Shown here piece after piece: positions 1 through 11,174 of a stretch of 24,000 nucleotides of DNA. The notes under the pieces were generated by a model. That model was given only the letters and a program-made list of their open reading frames with translations. It was not told the DNA's origin and did not search any database. How positions within the stretch are numbered: the first letter of the stretch is position 1; every line of letters begins with the position of its first letter. The translations under genes and the position numbers were made by a program. The DNA lies in contig JAHRAN010000066.1 in NCBI GenBank assembly GCA_020027245.1, forward strand, positions 6,994 to 30,993. Reading direction: 5' to 3'. This stretch comes from Myxococcota bacterium. GTDB taxonomy: Bacteria; Myxococcota_A; UBA9160; UBA6930.

Positions 1-186
<186 letters not shown>

Positions 187-188
187 CG

Positions 189-1376
189 ATGGCGCTGCCC
201 GACCTCGACGCGCTGCTCCAAGCGTGCGTGCGTGGCCAGCGCGTGCTGCTGCGCGCGGACCTGAATGCGCCGCTGAAGGCGGGCGTGGTTGCGGACGACA
301 CGCGCCTAAGCAAAGCCCTCGGCAGCCTGCGGCGGCTGCTGGCTGCGGGCGCGCGCGTGGTGCTGGCCTCGCACCTCGGTCGCCCGCAAGGCGAAGTGCG
401 ACCGGAGTTGTCGCTGCAGCCGGTGGCCCGGCGGCTCACGGAGTTGCTGGGCCGACCGCTCGCGTTCTGCTCGAGCGTCACCGGCGCAACAGCCGAAGCC
501 GCAAGTCAGGCGTTGCGCGATGGCGAAGCGCTGCTGCTCGAAAACCTGCGCTTCGACGAGGGGGAAACCCGAAACGACGCCGCCACCGCAACCGCGCTCG
601 CCCGCCTCGCCGAAATCTATGTGAACGACGCCTTCGGCACAGCCCACCGCCGTCACGCCTCGACCGTCGGTGTCGCCAGACTGCTCCCGCGCCGCGCCGC
701 TGGCGACCTGCTGAAGCGCGAGCTCTGCGAACTCGATGCAGTGCGCCACCCCAAGCGCCCGCTGCTTTGTCTGATCGGCGGCGCCAAGGTCAGCGACAAA
801 CTCGCCCTGCTGCGCACGCTCGCCGGGCACGCGGATCAGATCTGCATTGGCGGCGCCATGGCGTATACTTTTTTGCACGCGCAGGGTCAGCCGGTCGCGC
901 GCTCGCGCTTCGAAGCCGAGTGTGTGGACGACGCGCGCAACCTGCTCCAAAGCGCAGCGGCAAAGGGCTGCACGCTGCACCTGCCAAGCGATCACCGGGT
1001 GGCCGAAAAATGCTGCGCCACGGCCAACGCGCGCGTGGTCGAAGTCATCCCCGAGGGCTTCATCGGCCTCGACATCGGCCCGGCCAGCGCGCGGCGGTAC
1101 GCTGAGTTGATGCGCTTTGCTGTGACCATCTTCTGGAACGGGCCGATGGGGGTCTTCGAAATCGAAGCCTTTGCGCAGGGAACCCGGGCCGTGGCGCGCG
1201 CGCTTGCGGACTCGGATGCGCACAGCATCGTGGGCGGCGGCGATTCACTTGCAGCCATCAACCAACTGGGTCTCGGCGCGCACATCGCGCATCTTTCGAC
1301 CGGCGGCGGCGCCGCGCTCGAGTACATTCAGGGGCGAACGCTCCCGGCTGTCGCCGCGCTGGAGGAACCCGCATGA
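189..1376 (+). CDS. pgk: phosphoglycerate kinase
   Basis: 395-aa ORF carrying PGK motifs: RADLNAPL, ASHLGRP, AFGTAHRRHAST, GGAKVSDK, FWNGPMGVFE, GGGDS. The stop overlaps the tpiA start (ATGA at 1373-1376). Confidence 0.97.
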   Translation: MALPDLDALLQACVRGQRVLLRADLNAPLKAGVVADDTRLSKALGSLRRLLAAGARVVLASHLGRPQGEVRPELSLQPVARRLTELLGRPLAFCSSVTGATAEAASQALRDGEALLLENLRFDEGETRNDAATATALARLAEIYVNDAFGTAHRRHASTVGVARLLPRRAAGDLLKRELCELDAVRHPKRPLLCLIGGAKVSDKLALLRTLAGHADQICIGGAMAYTFLHAQGQPVARSRFEAECVDDARNLLQSAAAKGCTLHLPSDHRVAEKCCATANARVVEVIPEGFIGLDIGPASARRYAELMRFAVTIFWNGPMGVFEIEAFAQGTRAVARALADSDAHSIVGGGDSLAAINQLGLGAHIAHLSTGGGAALEYIQGRTLPAVAALEEPA

Positions 1377-2134
1377 GGCGTCCCTTTCTGGTCGCCAACT
1401 GGAAGATGCAAAAGGGGCGCGCCGCGGCGCTGGCCTTCGCGCGCGCCTTTCTGCCCCGGCTTGCGGATGATCTCGAAACCGAGGTCGCCATCGCCCCGCC
1501 TTTCGTTGCGCTCGACGCCCTCGGGCGCGCACTCGCGGGCAGCCCGGTGGCGCTCGCCGCGCAGAATGTTCACCCCGAAAGTCAAGGCGCCTTCACCGGG
1601 GAGATTGCGCCGGCGATGCTGGTCGAGGCCGGTTGCAGCTACGCCATCGTCGGACACAGCGAGCGGCGCGTGCTCTTCGGCGAGCAGAGCGCCTTCGTGG
1701 CCGACAAGGTCGCGGCGCTGCTCGCGCACGACATCGCGCCAATCGTATGCGTGGGCGAAAGCCTCGAAGCGCGCGAAGCCGGACGCAGCTTCGAAGTGAT
1801 CGGCGCGCAACTCGAAGAGAGCCTCGCCACGCTGCCGCCGGCGCGCGCCGCCGTGCTGGTGATGGCCTACGAGCCACGCTGGGCAATCGGCACGGGGCGC
1901 ACGGCGACGCCCGGGCAGGCGCAGGAAGTTCACGCCATGATTCGCGCGCGCCTCGTCGAGCGCTTCGGCGCCGCGGGCGACGCCATTCGCATTCAATACG
2001 GCGGCTCGGTCAAGCCCGACAATGTGGCGGCGCTGCTGGCCGAGCCGGATATTGACGGCGCCCTGGTCGGCGGCGCCAGCCTCGAACCCGAAAGCTTTGC
2101 GGCCCTGCTGCAGCAGAGCGGAGGTCCCCGATGA
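1373..2134 (+). CDS. tpiA: triosephosphate isomerase
   Basis: 253-aa ORF with VANWKM, GHSERR, CVGE, AYEPRWAIGTG and IQYGGSV motifs. It has ATGA overlaps with pgk upstream and secG downstream. Confidence 0.97.
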   Translation: MRRPFLVANWKMQKGRAAALAFARAFLPRLADDLETEVAIAPPFVALDALGRALAGSPVALAAQNVHPESQGAFTGEIAPAMLVEAGCSYAIVGHSERRVLFGEQSAFVADKVAALLAHDIAPIVCVGESLEAREAGRSFEVIGAQLEESLATLPPARAAVLVMAYEPRWAIGTGRTATPGQAQEVHAMIRARLVERFGAAGDAIRIQYGGSVKPDNVAALLAEPDIDGALVGGASLEPESFAALLQQSGGPR

Positions 2135-2499
2135 CCCTGTTCATCACCGTTCTCCATGTCATCACCTGCCTGTTTCTGATCGCGGTCGTGCTGCTGCAGC
2201 GCGGCAAGGGCGCGGAGGTCGGCGCCATGTTCGGCGGCGGCGCGAGCGGCACCGTGTTCGGCGGACGCGGCGCGGGCAACTTCCTGACCCGGCTCACGAC
2301 CGGCGCCGCCGTGGTGTTCATGCTCACGAGTTTGACGCTCGCCTACATCGGGCGGCAGGACAGCACCAGCGACCTCTTCGAAGACCCCCCCGTCGAGACG
2401 ACGCCCGGCGATTTCGAGGAGATCGAGCCGGCCTCGCCCTTCGAGGAGGTGCCGCAGCCCGGCGACGCCGACGCGCCCGAGCCGGACGCCACGCCCTGA
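2131..2499 (+). CDS. secG: preprotein translocase subunit SecG (with acidic Pro-rich C-terminal tail)
   Basis: 122-aa ORF. It has two hydrophobic segments flanking the Gly-rich loop LLQRGKGAEVGAMFGGGASGTVFGGRGAGNFLTR, which is typical of SecG. It sits in the conserved tpiA-secG-tRNA-Leu position. Confidence 0.9.
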   Translation: MTLFITVLHVITCLFLIAVVLLQRGKGAEVGAMFGGGASGTVFGGRGAGNFLTRLTTGAAVVFMLTSLTLAYIGRQDSTSDLFEDPPVETTPGDFEEIEPASPFEEVPQPGDADAPEPDATP

Positions 2500-2555
2500 T
2501 GCGCGCGCGACTACCTCGCGCGGAGCGTGGTCGTTAGACTGCAAGGCCCATCGCT

Positions 2556-2642
2556 GCGGCAGTGGCGGAACTGGTAGACGCGCATGGTTGAGGGCCATGT
2601 CGGGGTTACCCGGTGGAGGTTCGAGTCCTCTCTGCCGCACCA
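2556..2642 (+). tRNA. tRNA-Leu (anticodon GAG), class II with long variable arm, CCA encoded
   Basis: Acceptor stem GCGGCAG (2556-2562) pairs with CTGCCGC (2632-2638), followed by ACCA. The D region is GTGGCGGAACTGGTAGACGCGC. The anticodon stem CATGG/CCATG encloses the loop TTGAGGG. There is a long variable arm, and the T arm is GGAGGTTCGAGTCCTCT. Confidence 0.9.
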
Positions 2643-2665
2643 TCGGGCGCTTCCGCGACCGGCGC

Positions 2666-3280
2666 TCACGCTATCGGGTGACTGGCAAGGCGCTCGAGCC
2701 AGCGGCGGTAGGTTGCAAGCGGTTGCGCGCCCAGCACGAAGGCTTCGCTGCCGACGACGCGCAGCGCGGGCACGCCGCTGATGCCGAGTTCGAGGGCCTC
2801 GTTGTGCTGCGCCAGCACTTCGCCCAGCAGCGCTGCCTCATCGTTCTGCTCGAAGGCGGCGGCGGGGAGCGCCGACTCGCGCCACAGCGCGCGCAGTGTG
2901 TCGTCGTCGCTGATGTCGCGGCTCTGCTCAAAATAGGCTGCGAAAAGCCGCGCGTGCAAAGTCTCAAAAGCTTCGGGGCCGAGCCGGGCGGCGGCGCGCG
3001 CGGCGATGTGCGCGGGAACGCTGTGACTCGGCGGCGACGCCGCACTCTCCCAGACCTGGAAGCGCGGCGCGTCCGGCTCGGCGGCCGGTCGAAGCCAGTG
3101 TTGCGTGTAGCGCAGGAACTTTTCGCGGTCGCGCACTTCGGGCTTCGGGCGCAGCAGGTAGGCGCGGAACTCGAGCTCGATAGTTGTGAACTCGCGGCGC
3201 AGAATTTTCAAGCGGTGATCGGCCAGATGACACCAGGGGCACAGGTAATCGGACCAGAATTCCAGGCGCACCGGCTTCAC
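2666..3280 (-). CDS. DsbA-family thiol:disulfide oxidoreductase (FrnE-like, thioredoxin fold)
   Basis: 204-aa ORF with a GTG start. The N-terminus MKPVRLEFWSDYLCPWCH carries the CPWC redox motif in the position typical of DsbA/FrnE-like proteins, and the C-terminal GVPALRV block is present. The SD-like GGAGGAGGAGGA lies in the last codons of the upstream gene, which ends 4 nt before this start. Confidence 0.85.
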   Translation of the reverse strand: MKPVRLEFWSDYLCPWCHLADHRLKILRREFTTIELEFRAYLLRPKPEVRDREKFLRYTQHWLRPAAEPDAPRFQVWESAASPPSHSVPAHIAARAAARLGPEAFETLHARLFAAYFEQSRDISDDDTLRALWRESALPAAAFEQNDEAALLGEVLAQHNEALELGISGVPALRVVGSEAFVLGAQPLATYRRWLERLASHPIA

Positions 3281-3284
3281 CGTT

Positions 3285-3776
3285 TTAATCCTCCTCCTCC
3301 GGCGCGAGCTTTTGATAGCCGCCGCCGTAGTAGAGCAGCGGCGGGCCGGGTCGAGTGATCGCCGCCTCGACCTGCCCCACGACGATCACGTGGTCGCCCG
3401 CCTCGTGCAGTGCGCTGACCACGCAGTCGAGCGCCAGGTGCGCGTCCGGAATCAGCGGCGCGCCGGTCTTCGCACGCGCGCACTCGAGGCCCTCGAAGCG
3501 CACCCACTCGTGCTGCTTCGAGGCGAACTTGTCAGAAAGCGCGCGCTGCGTTTCAGCGAGCACGTTGACCGCCATGTTGCGGCCTGTCTTGATGACGCCG
3601 AGCGTGTTCGCCGCCTTGTCAACGCAGACCATCACCAGCGGCGGGTCGAGGGACACACCGGCGAAGTCCGATGCCGTCATGCCGTGCACCTCGTCGCCGG
3701 CGCGCGCGGTGATGATCGTCACCCCCGAGGGCCAGAGGGAAAGCGCCTTGCGGTAGAGCGCCGCGTCAATCGGCAA
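3285..3776 (-). CDS. flavin reductase family protein (FMN-binding split-barrel, NAD(P)H:flavin oxidoreductase-like)
   Basis: The ORF-track frame 3285..3968 contains the flavin-reductase-like core: SLWPSGVTIITARAGDEVHGMTASDFAGVSLDPPLVMVCVDK...HVIVVGQVEA. The track's ATG at 3968 would overlap the upstream OMP gene by about 120 nt. I therefore place the start at the in-frame TTG at 3776, preceded by AAAAAGGGG (163 aa, a typical family length). The start codon is less certain than the gene itself. Confidence 0.8.
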   Translation of the reverse strand: MPIDAALYRKALSLWPSGVTIITARAGDEVHGMTASDFAGVSLDPPLVMVCVDKAANTLGVIKTGRNMAVNVLAETQRALSDKFASKQHEWVRFEGLECARAKTGAPLIPDAHLALDCVVSALHEAGDHVIVVGQVEAAITRPGPPLLYYGGGYQKLAPEEED

Positions 3777-3844
3777 TTTAAAGCACCCCTTTTTGCGCGG
3801 ACGATATCCCCCGGCGAAGCCGCTGCCGGTCGGGGCGGCCGTGT

Positions 3845-4798
3845 TCAGAAGTGGTACTTCAACCCGAAAGTCACCGCCCAGTATTCGATGTCGGAAAACG
3901 CCTGAGTGCTGCGGAACGGGGTCACCCCATCGGCCTGAACGGGGCGGTGACTGCGGATGAGATCCCACACATCGTCGTCGTCGAGATCCTGAAAACGAGC
4001 CCAGCGCCCTTTCACACCGACGGAGACTTGCTCCGTCAGCGCGTAGTCCAGCCCGCCGAGCAACTGAAAACCAAAGAGCGTCTCGGAAAGCCCGGTATTG
4101 AGGAAGCTGATCGTCCCGGCGGCCGCGGGCGGGCGAACCGCGTCGCCCGTCAGGGGTTGATCGTTTTCATCGAGCAGGTAGCCCTGGGCAATGGTCTTGC
4201 GCACAAAGCGGTTTTCATAACGCAAACGGGTGTGCGCCCAGCCCACGCCCGCACCCAGGTAGGGCGTCCAGCGCGACTGGTTCACAAAGTCGTAGTAGGC
4301 GTTCAGGAAGAACTGATGGGCGCGAAACTCGGCTATCCGCTCCGACGGCGGGTCGAGTTCACTCCACTCGTCGGCTTTGCTGCCGAGCGGCGCATTGCCC
4401 GGCGCGGCTTGCAACAACCTCGAATCGTCTCCGTGGGAGCGGTTCAGGTACTCGAACTCCACGCGCAACCGGTCCAGCGAATATCCCAGGCTGACGGCGC
4501 CGACAAACCCCGTGCCCGGATCAAATGCATTGAGCGAAAGCGGCTGCGCGCCGCCGACCTGACAGGCGGCGTCGGTCAGGGGCAGCACATTGTCAGACGC
4601 AACCGGCGGCGTACTCCGAAGCAGTTGGTCGCAGCGCGTCGGGTGGTTGACCCCGGACACGGCCGAGTTCAAATCCGTCGCGCTGGCGAGCCCCAACTCG
4701 ATGCCGGTGTAGAAGCCCCGGCGCGCTTCACCACCAAGCGCTCCGGTCGCCAGAAACACGGTCCCGAGCGCCAGCGCCAGCGTGGTTTTCCGTTTCAT
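3845..4798 (-). CDS. outer-membrane beta-barrel protein (porin / OmpA-like barrel family)
   Basis: 317-aa ORF. The N-terminal signal peptide is MKRKTTLALALGTVFLATGALG. The sequence shows alternating hydrophobic beta-strand patterning (YTGIELGLA, FVGAVSLGYS, LRVEFEYLN, YLGAGVGWA, FQLLGGLDYAL, VSVGVKGRWA). The C-terminus is the aromatic FGLKYHF, typical of BAM substrates. The SD GGGGGTGA precedes the ATG. Confidence 0.75.
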   Translation of the reverse strand: MKRKTTLALALGTVFLATGALGGEARRGFYTGIELGLASATDLNSAVSGVNHPTRCDQLLRSTPPVASDNVLPLTDAACQVGGAQPLSLNAFDPGTGFVGAVSLGYSLDRLRVEFEYLNRSHGDDSRLLQAAPGNAPLGSKADEWSELDPPSERIAEFRAHQFFLNAYYDFVNQSRWTPYLGAGVGWAHTRLRYENRFVRKTIAQGYLLDENDQPLTGDAVRPPAAAGTISFLNTGLSETLFGFQLLGGLDYALTEQVSVGVKGRWARFQDLDDDDVWDLIRSHRPVQADGVTPFRSTQAFSDIEYWAVTFGLKYHF

Positions 4799-5721
4799 CC
4801 ATCACCCCCTTGGTCTGCACTCTGGTGCAACGACCTGGCGAAGTCGTACTGGATACGCGACGAAACTTCAAAGTACCGGGAACAAAAGCAGTGGCGCAGA
4901 CGCTGGCCCGGGCGCGGCGCGCGCTGCCGCAAGCTCACTCGCTGGCCGGGGCTTCGGTGCTGGCGCCGGGGCCGGTGCTGCGCAGGCGGATTTCGATGCG
5001 GCGGTTGCGGGCGCGACCCTCTGTCGTGCCGTTGTCGGCCACCGGTTTTGTGTGGGCGTTCGAGATGACGCGCAGGCGCGTGGCGGGGACGCCGCTTTCG
5101 ATCAGCACGCGCACCACGCTGGCGGCGCGCGCACCCGCCAGCTCCCAGTTGGACGGGTAGCGCCCGCCGCGGATCGGCCGGTCGTCGCTGTGGCCCTCGA
5201 CATCCACCTGATGCGGAAGCGTCAGAAACTGCTCGGCCAGTTTGGCGATTACGCCCTGCCCCCCGGTGCTGAGCTTTGCGGAGCCGGAGGGAAACAGGAT
5301 GGCCTGGGCGAGCTTCACCTTCAGCCCGTCGCGCAGTTGCTCGATCTCGATGCGCCCGGCCGCGACCTCGGACTGCAGATTGCCCACCAACTCGTCATAC
5401 GTGCTGCGCAGTTCAGCGACCTCGGAGTTTTGCGCCTCGAGTTGCCGCTCGCGCTCGGCCAGCGAGGCGACGAGTTCGGTGCGCGACGACGCCAGTTCAT
5501 CGAGGGAACTTTGAAGACGCCCGTGTTCGATGCGCAGATCCTCGATCTCCTCGGCCAGCGCCACGCGGTCGGCGTCGAGGCTCTCGGCCCCGGCTTCGAG
5601 CCGCTCGATTTTTTCGAGCGCCAGGTTGCGCTCCCGAAGCACCCGCTCGTGTTCGTCCATCGTCACGCAGGCCAGCGTCAGCAGCGCCGACACGGCGACG
5701 GCGACGCCGGTCAGCGCGGCG

Positions 5722-8124
<2,403 letters not shown>

Positions 8125-8131
8125 TTCCGCC

Positions 8132-10057
8132 TCAAGCCTTGTCGCTCTTGTCCTCTTCGGTGAACTCGGCGTCTATGACTTCGCCGTCAGCGCCGTCGCC
8201 CGAAGCGGCGGGGTCAGAGGGTTGCGCCTCGCCCGAAGCGTCCGCGCCCGCCTTGTAGAGCATCTCGGTCAGCTTGTGAAGCGCCTGCTCGACTTCCTGA
8301 TGCCGGGCGTCGAGACTCGCGGTGTCTGCGTCCTCGTTTTCGAGGGTCTTGCGCGCTTCCGCAAACAACTCTTCGCAGCGCTTCTTTTCGGCGTCAATAA
8401 TTTTGTCCGCGTTTTCCTTCACGGTCTTTTCGGCGTTGTAGACCAGGGTGTCGAGACGGTTGCGGCTCTCGGTGCGGGCGCGCCGCTCCTTGTCCTCGCC
8501 GGCGTGGGCCTCGGCCTCCTGCACCATGCGCTCGATCTCGCTCTCTTCGAGACCGCCCGCGCCCTCGATGCGGATGGACTGCGCCTTGCCGCTCGCCTGA
8601 TCCTTCGCCGAGACCGAGAGGATGCCGTTCGCGTCAATGTCGAAGGACACTTCGATCTGCGGCACGCCGCGCGGCGCCGGGGGAATGCCCGAGAGGATGA
8701 AGCGACCGATCTCGCGGTTGTCGTCCGCCATCTCGCGCTCGCCTTGCAGCACGCGAATCTCCACCTGCTGCTGATTGTCCGCCGCCGTCGAGAAGGTCTG
8801 GCTGCGCTTGGTCGGGATCGTCGTGTTGCGGTCAATCAGCCGGGTCATCACCTTGCCCAGGGTTTCGAGACCGAGGGACAGCGGCGTGACATCGAGCAGC
8901 AGCACGTCCTTCACATCGCCCGCCAGCACGCCGCCTTGCACCGCTGCGCCGACGGCGACCACTTCGTCCGGGTTCACCGAGCGGTTCGCCTCGCGGCCGA
9001 AGAGCGCTTGCACCTTCGTTTGCACCAGCGGCACCCGCGTCGAGCCGCCGACCAGCACCACCTCGTCAATCTCGCTGGCCTCGAGGCCCGCGTCGGCCAG
9101 CGCGCGGCGGCAGGGTTCGAGGCTGCGCTCCACCAGCTCCTCGATCAACTGCTCGAACTTCGCGCGCGTGAGTTTCAGGTTGAGGTGCTTCGGGCCGCTT
9201 GCCCCCGCGGTGATGTAGGGCAGGTTGATGTCGGTGCTCTGCGAAGTGGAGAGTTCGATCTTGGCCTTCTCCGCGGCCTCCCGGAGGCGCTGCATCGCCA
9301 TCGGGTCCTCGGAGAGGTCAATGCCCTGGTCGCGGCGAAACTCCGCGACCAGATGGTCAATCACCTTCTGGTCGAGGTTGTCGCCGCCGAGGTGCGTGTC
9401 GCCGTTGGTTGACTTTACCTCGACCACGTTCTCGCCCACTTCGAGAATCGAGATGTCAAAAGTGCCGCCGCCGAAGTCGTAGACCGCGATCTTTTCATCG
9501 GACTTCTTGTCGAGGCCGTAGGCCAGCGCCGCCGCCGTCGGCTCGTTGATGATGCGCTTCACATCGAGCCCGGCGATGCGCCCGGCGTCCTTCGTCGCCT
9601 GACGCTGGGCATCGTTGAAGTAGGCGGGCACGGTGACCACCGCGCCGGCGATCTCCTGCCCGAGGTAATCCTCCGCCGCCTTCTTCAGCTTTTGCAAAAT
9701 CATCGCCGACAACTCGGGGGGCGTGCTCTGCTTGCCGTCCACCTCGACCTCGGCGGTGCCCTCGCGGCCCTCGACCACCTTGTAGGGCACCAGGCTGATC
9801 TCCTCCGGCACCTCCGAGAGCCGCCGCCCGACGAAGCGCTTGATCGAATAAATGGTGCGCTCGGGGTTGGTAACAGCCTGCCGCTTGGCGATGGCGCCGA
9901 CCAGGCGCTCGCCCTCGTCCGTGAAGGCGACCACGGAGGGAGTAGTCCGCCCCCCCTCCTCGTTGGTGATCACGGTCGGCTGCCCGCCTTCCATCACCGC
10001 CACCACCGAGTTGGTGGTGCCGAGGTCAATGCCGATGATTTTGCCGCTGGTCGCCAT
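8132..10057 (-). CDS. dnaK: molecular chaperone DnaK (Hsp70)
   Basis: The start is set at the ATG at 10057, giving [21 protein letters not shown]. Hsp70 signatures [22 protein letters not shown] and [13 protein letters not shown] are present, and the C-terminus is an acidic tail. The upstream 121 codons of the track ORF have no Hsp70 counterpart and are rejected. Confidence 0.98.
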   Translation of the reverse strand: MATSGKIIGIDLGTTNSVVAVMEGGQPTVITNEEGGRTTPSVVAFTDEGERLVGAIAKRQAVTNPERTIYSIKRFVGRRLSEVPEEISLVPYKVVEGREGTAEVEVDGKQSTPPELSAMILQKLKKAAEDYLGQEIAGAVVTVPAYFNDAQRQATKDAGRIAGLDVKRIINEPTAAALAYGLDKKSDEKIAVYDFGGGTFDISILEVGENVVEVKSTNGDTHLGGDNLDQKVIDHLVAEFRRDQGIDLSEDPMAMQRLREAAEKAKIELSTSQSTDINLPYITAGASGPKHLNLKLTRAKFEQLIEELVERSLEPCRRALADAGLEASEIDEVVLVGGSTRVPLVQTKVQALFGREANRSVNPDEVVAVGAAVQGGVLAGDVKDVLLLDVTPLSLGLETLGKVMTRLIDRNTTIPTKRSQTFSTAADNQQQVEIRVLQGEREMADDNREIGRFILSGIPPAPRGVPQIEVSFDIDANGILSVSAKDQASGKAQSIRIEGAGGLEESEIERMVQEAEAHAGEDKERRARTESRNRLDTLVYNAEKTVKENADKIIDAEKKRCEELFAEARKTLENEDADTASLDARHQEVEQALHKLTEMLYKAGADASGEAQPSDPAASGDGADGEVIDAEFTEEDKSDKA

Positions 10058-10091
10058 GGGGTGGTCTCCCGCAGAGGGTTGAAGTGGCGGG

Positions 10092-10122
10092 AAGCTGGGC
10101 ACAGCCGGCCCTGTGTCAAGGG
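10092..10122 (-). promoter_or_regulatory. candidate sigma-32-like heat-shock promoter for dnaK-lon
   Basis: On the - strand the sequence reads CCCTTGAC-N14-GCCCAGCTT, about 35-65 nt upstream of the dnaK ATG. This resembles the proteobacterial RpoH consensus CCCTTGAA-N13-15-CCCCATnT. The match is by eye only, and no CIRCE (HrcA) element was seen. Confidence 0.3.
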
Positions 10123-10223
10123 CGGTGGGCTGCCGGGCGCTGGCTTGCGGGTGGCGTGGCGGGCTGGTTAATATCCATTCATCCTGATTCCTTGATTGAA
10201 CCCTCTCCGTGAGCGAGGCCGCG

Positions 10224-11174
10224 ATGAGCTCCGAGCACCTGCAAAAAATCTTCCGCACCCTCGGCGACCCGACCCGGGTGCGGCTGCTGCTGCTGCTCGA
10301 ACGCGAGGAGCTGGCGGTGCAGGAGCTGATGGAGGTGCTCGGCATGGCGCAATCGCGGGTGTCGCGGCACCTCGGCATCCTGCGCGAGGCTGGCCTGGTG
10401 CGCGACCGGCGCGACGGCACTTTTGCCCTGTACCGCTTCGAGCCGCCCGAGGCGCCGAGTTGGCGGGACGCCTGGGCCCTCGCCCGCGCGGCGCTGGCGG
10501 GCGACCCGATAATCGCGCGCGACCACGCCCGGCAGGGCCACGTGCTGGCCCGGCGCGCACGGCGCGGGCACAGCTTCTTCGACTCCGTCGGCGGCGAGTG
10601 GGAAACGCTGCGTCAACTCTGGGGCGATGAACTGCTGCGCGCGCGGGCCTTGCAGCGCCTCGTTCCCGAGGGGCTGCCGGTGGCGGACGTCGGCACCGGC
10701 AGCGGCGTGCTCGCCCTCGAACTGGCGGCGCTGGGCTGCCGGGTGATCGCCAGCGACCCCTCCGAGGCGATGCTGGCGCTGGCGCGGCGCAAGCTCGAGG
10801 CGGCCGGCGACACCCGCGTCGAGTTGCGGGTCGGCGACACCAGCGCCCTGCCGCTGGCCGACGCCGAGGTGCAGGTGGCCTTCGCCCACATGGTGTTGCA
10901 GTACATCCCGGAGCCGGGCTTGGCCTTGCCCGAAATGCTGCGCGTGCTGCGACCGGGCGGGCGCGTGGTGCTGGCGGACTTCGTCACCCACGACCAGGAG
11001 TGGATGCGGCAGCAACTCGGCGCCCGGCACCTGGGCTTCGACCTCGAGCAGGTCGGCGACTGGCTTTGCAAAGCCGGTTTCGAAAAGGTGCGCATCGAGA
11101 CGCAGGTGGGCGCACAGCACGAGAGCGCACTGCCCACCACTTTTGTCGCCGACGGGCAAAGACCGGAGGCGTGA
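10224..11174 (+). CDS. sahR: ArsR-family HTH transcriptional regulator fused to a class I SAM-dependent methyltransferase-like domain (SahR-type architecture)
   Basis: The N-terminus [50 protein letters not shown] is an ArsR/SmtB winged HTH. The C-terminal half has methyltransferase motif I ([26 protein letters not shown]) plus [10 protein letters not shown] prefer the ATG at 10224 (GAGG 5 nt upstream) over the track's GTG at 10209. The stop TGA overlaps the metH ATG by 1 nt (GTGATGA). The symbol is tentative and based only on architecture and metH context. Confidence 0.8.
   Translation: MSSEHLQKIFRTLGDPTRVRLLLLLEREELAVQELMEVLGMAQSRVSRHLGILREAGLVRDRRDGTFALYRFEPPEAPSWRDAWALARAALAGDPIIARDHARQGHVLARRARRGHSFFDSVGGEWETLRQLWGDELLRARALQRLVPEGLPVADVGTGSGVLALELAALGCRVIASDPSEAMLALARRKLEAAGDTRVELRVGDTSALPLADAEVQVAFAHMVLQYIPEPGLALPEMLRVLRPGGRVVLADFVTHDQEWMRQQLGARHLGFDLEQVGDWLCKAGFEKVRIETQVGAQHESALPTTFVADGQRPEA

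Noticed and set aside
2504-2522. 7-bp GC hairpin (CGCGCGA-CTACC-TCGCGCG) between secG and tRNA-Leu.
   Set aside because: No T-tract follows it, and the tRNA begins 34 nt downstream in the conserved secG-tRNA-Leu arrangement. It is probably just GC-rich spacer or a processing-site structure, so it is not annotated as a terminator.
3777-3968. Upstream part of the flavin reductase ORF (ATG 3968) and of the OmpA-like ORF (5760-5903).
   Set aside because: Both extensions overlap the 3' ends of the preceding genes (OMP, lon) by more than 100 nt and add no conserved sequence. Internal starts with an SD or signal peptide fit better.
10058-10208. Looked for a CIRCE (TTAGCACTC-N9-GAGTGCTAA) HrcA operator upstream of dnaK.
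   Set aside because: No match or near match was seen on either strand. Only a sigma-32-like hexamer pair was found.
10058-10420. 121-codon N-terminal extension of the dnaK ORF in the track (ATG at 10420).
   Set aside because: The extension is Ser/Arg-rich, has no Hsp70 counterpart and runs antisense through the start of the sahR-like gene. The canonical Hsp70 N-terminus ([17 protein letters not shown]) begins at the ATG at 10057.
11000-11173. 58-codon N-terminal extension of the metH ORF.
   Set aside because: It overlaps the 3' end of the regulator gene in another frame. MetH homology starts at [25 protein letters not shown] (ATG 11174), which overlaps the regulator stop in a typical coupled arrangement.
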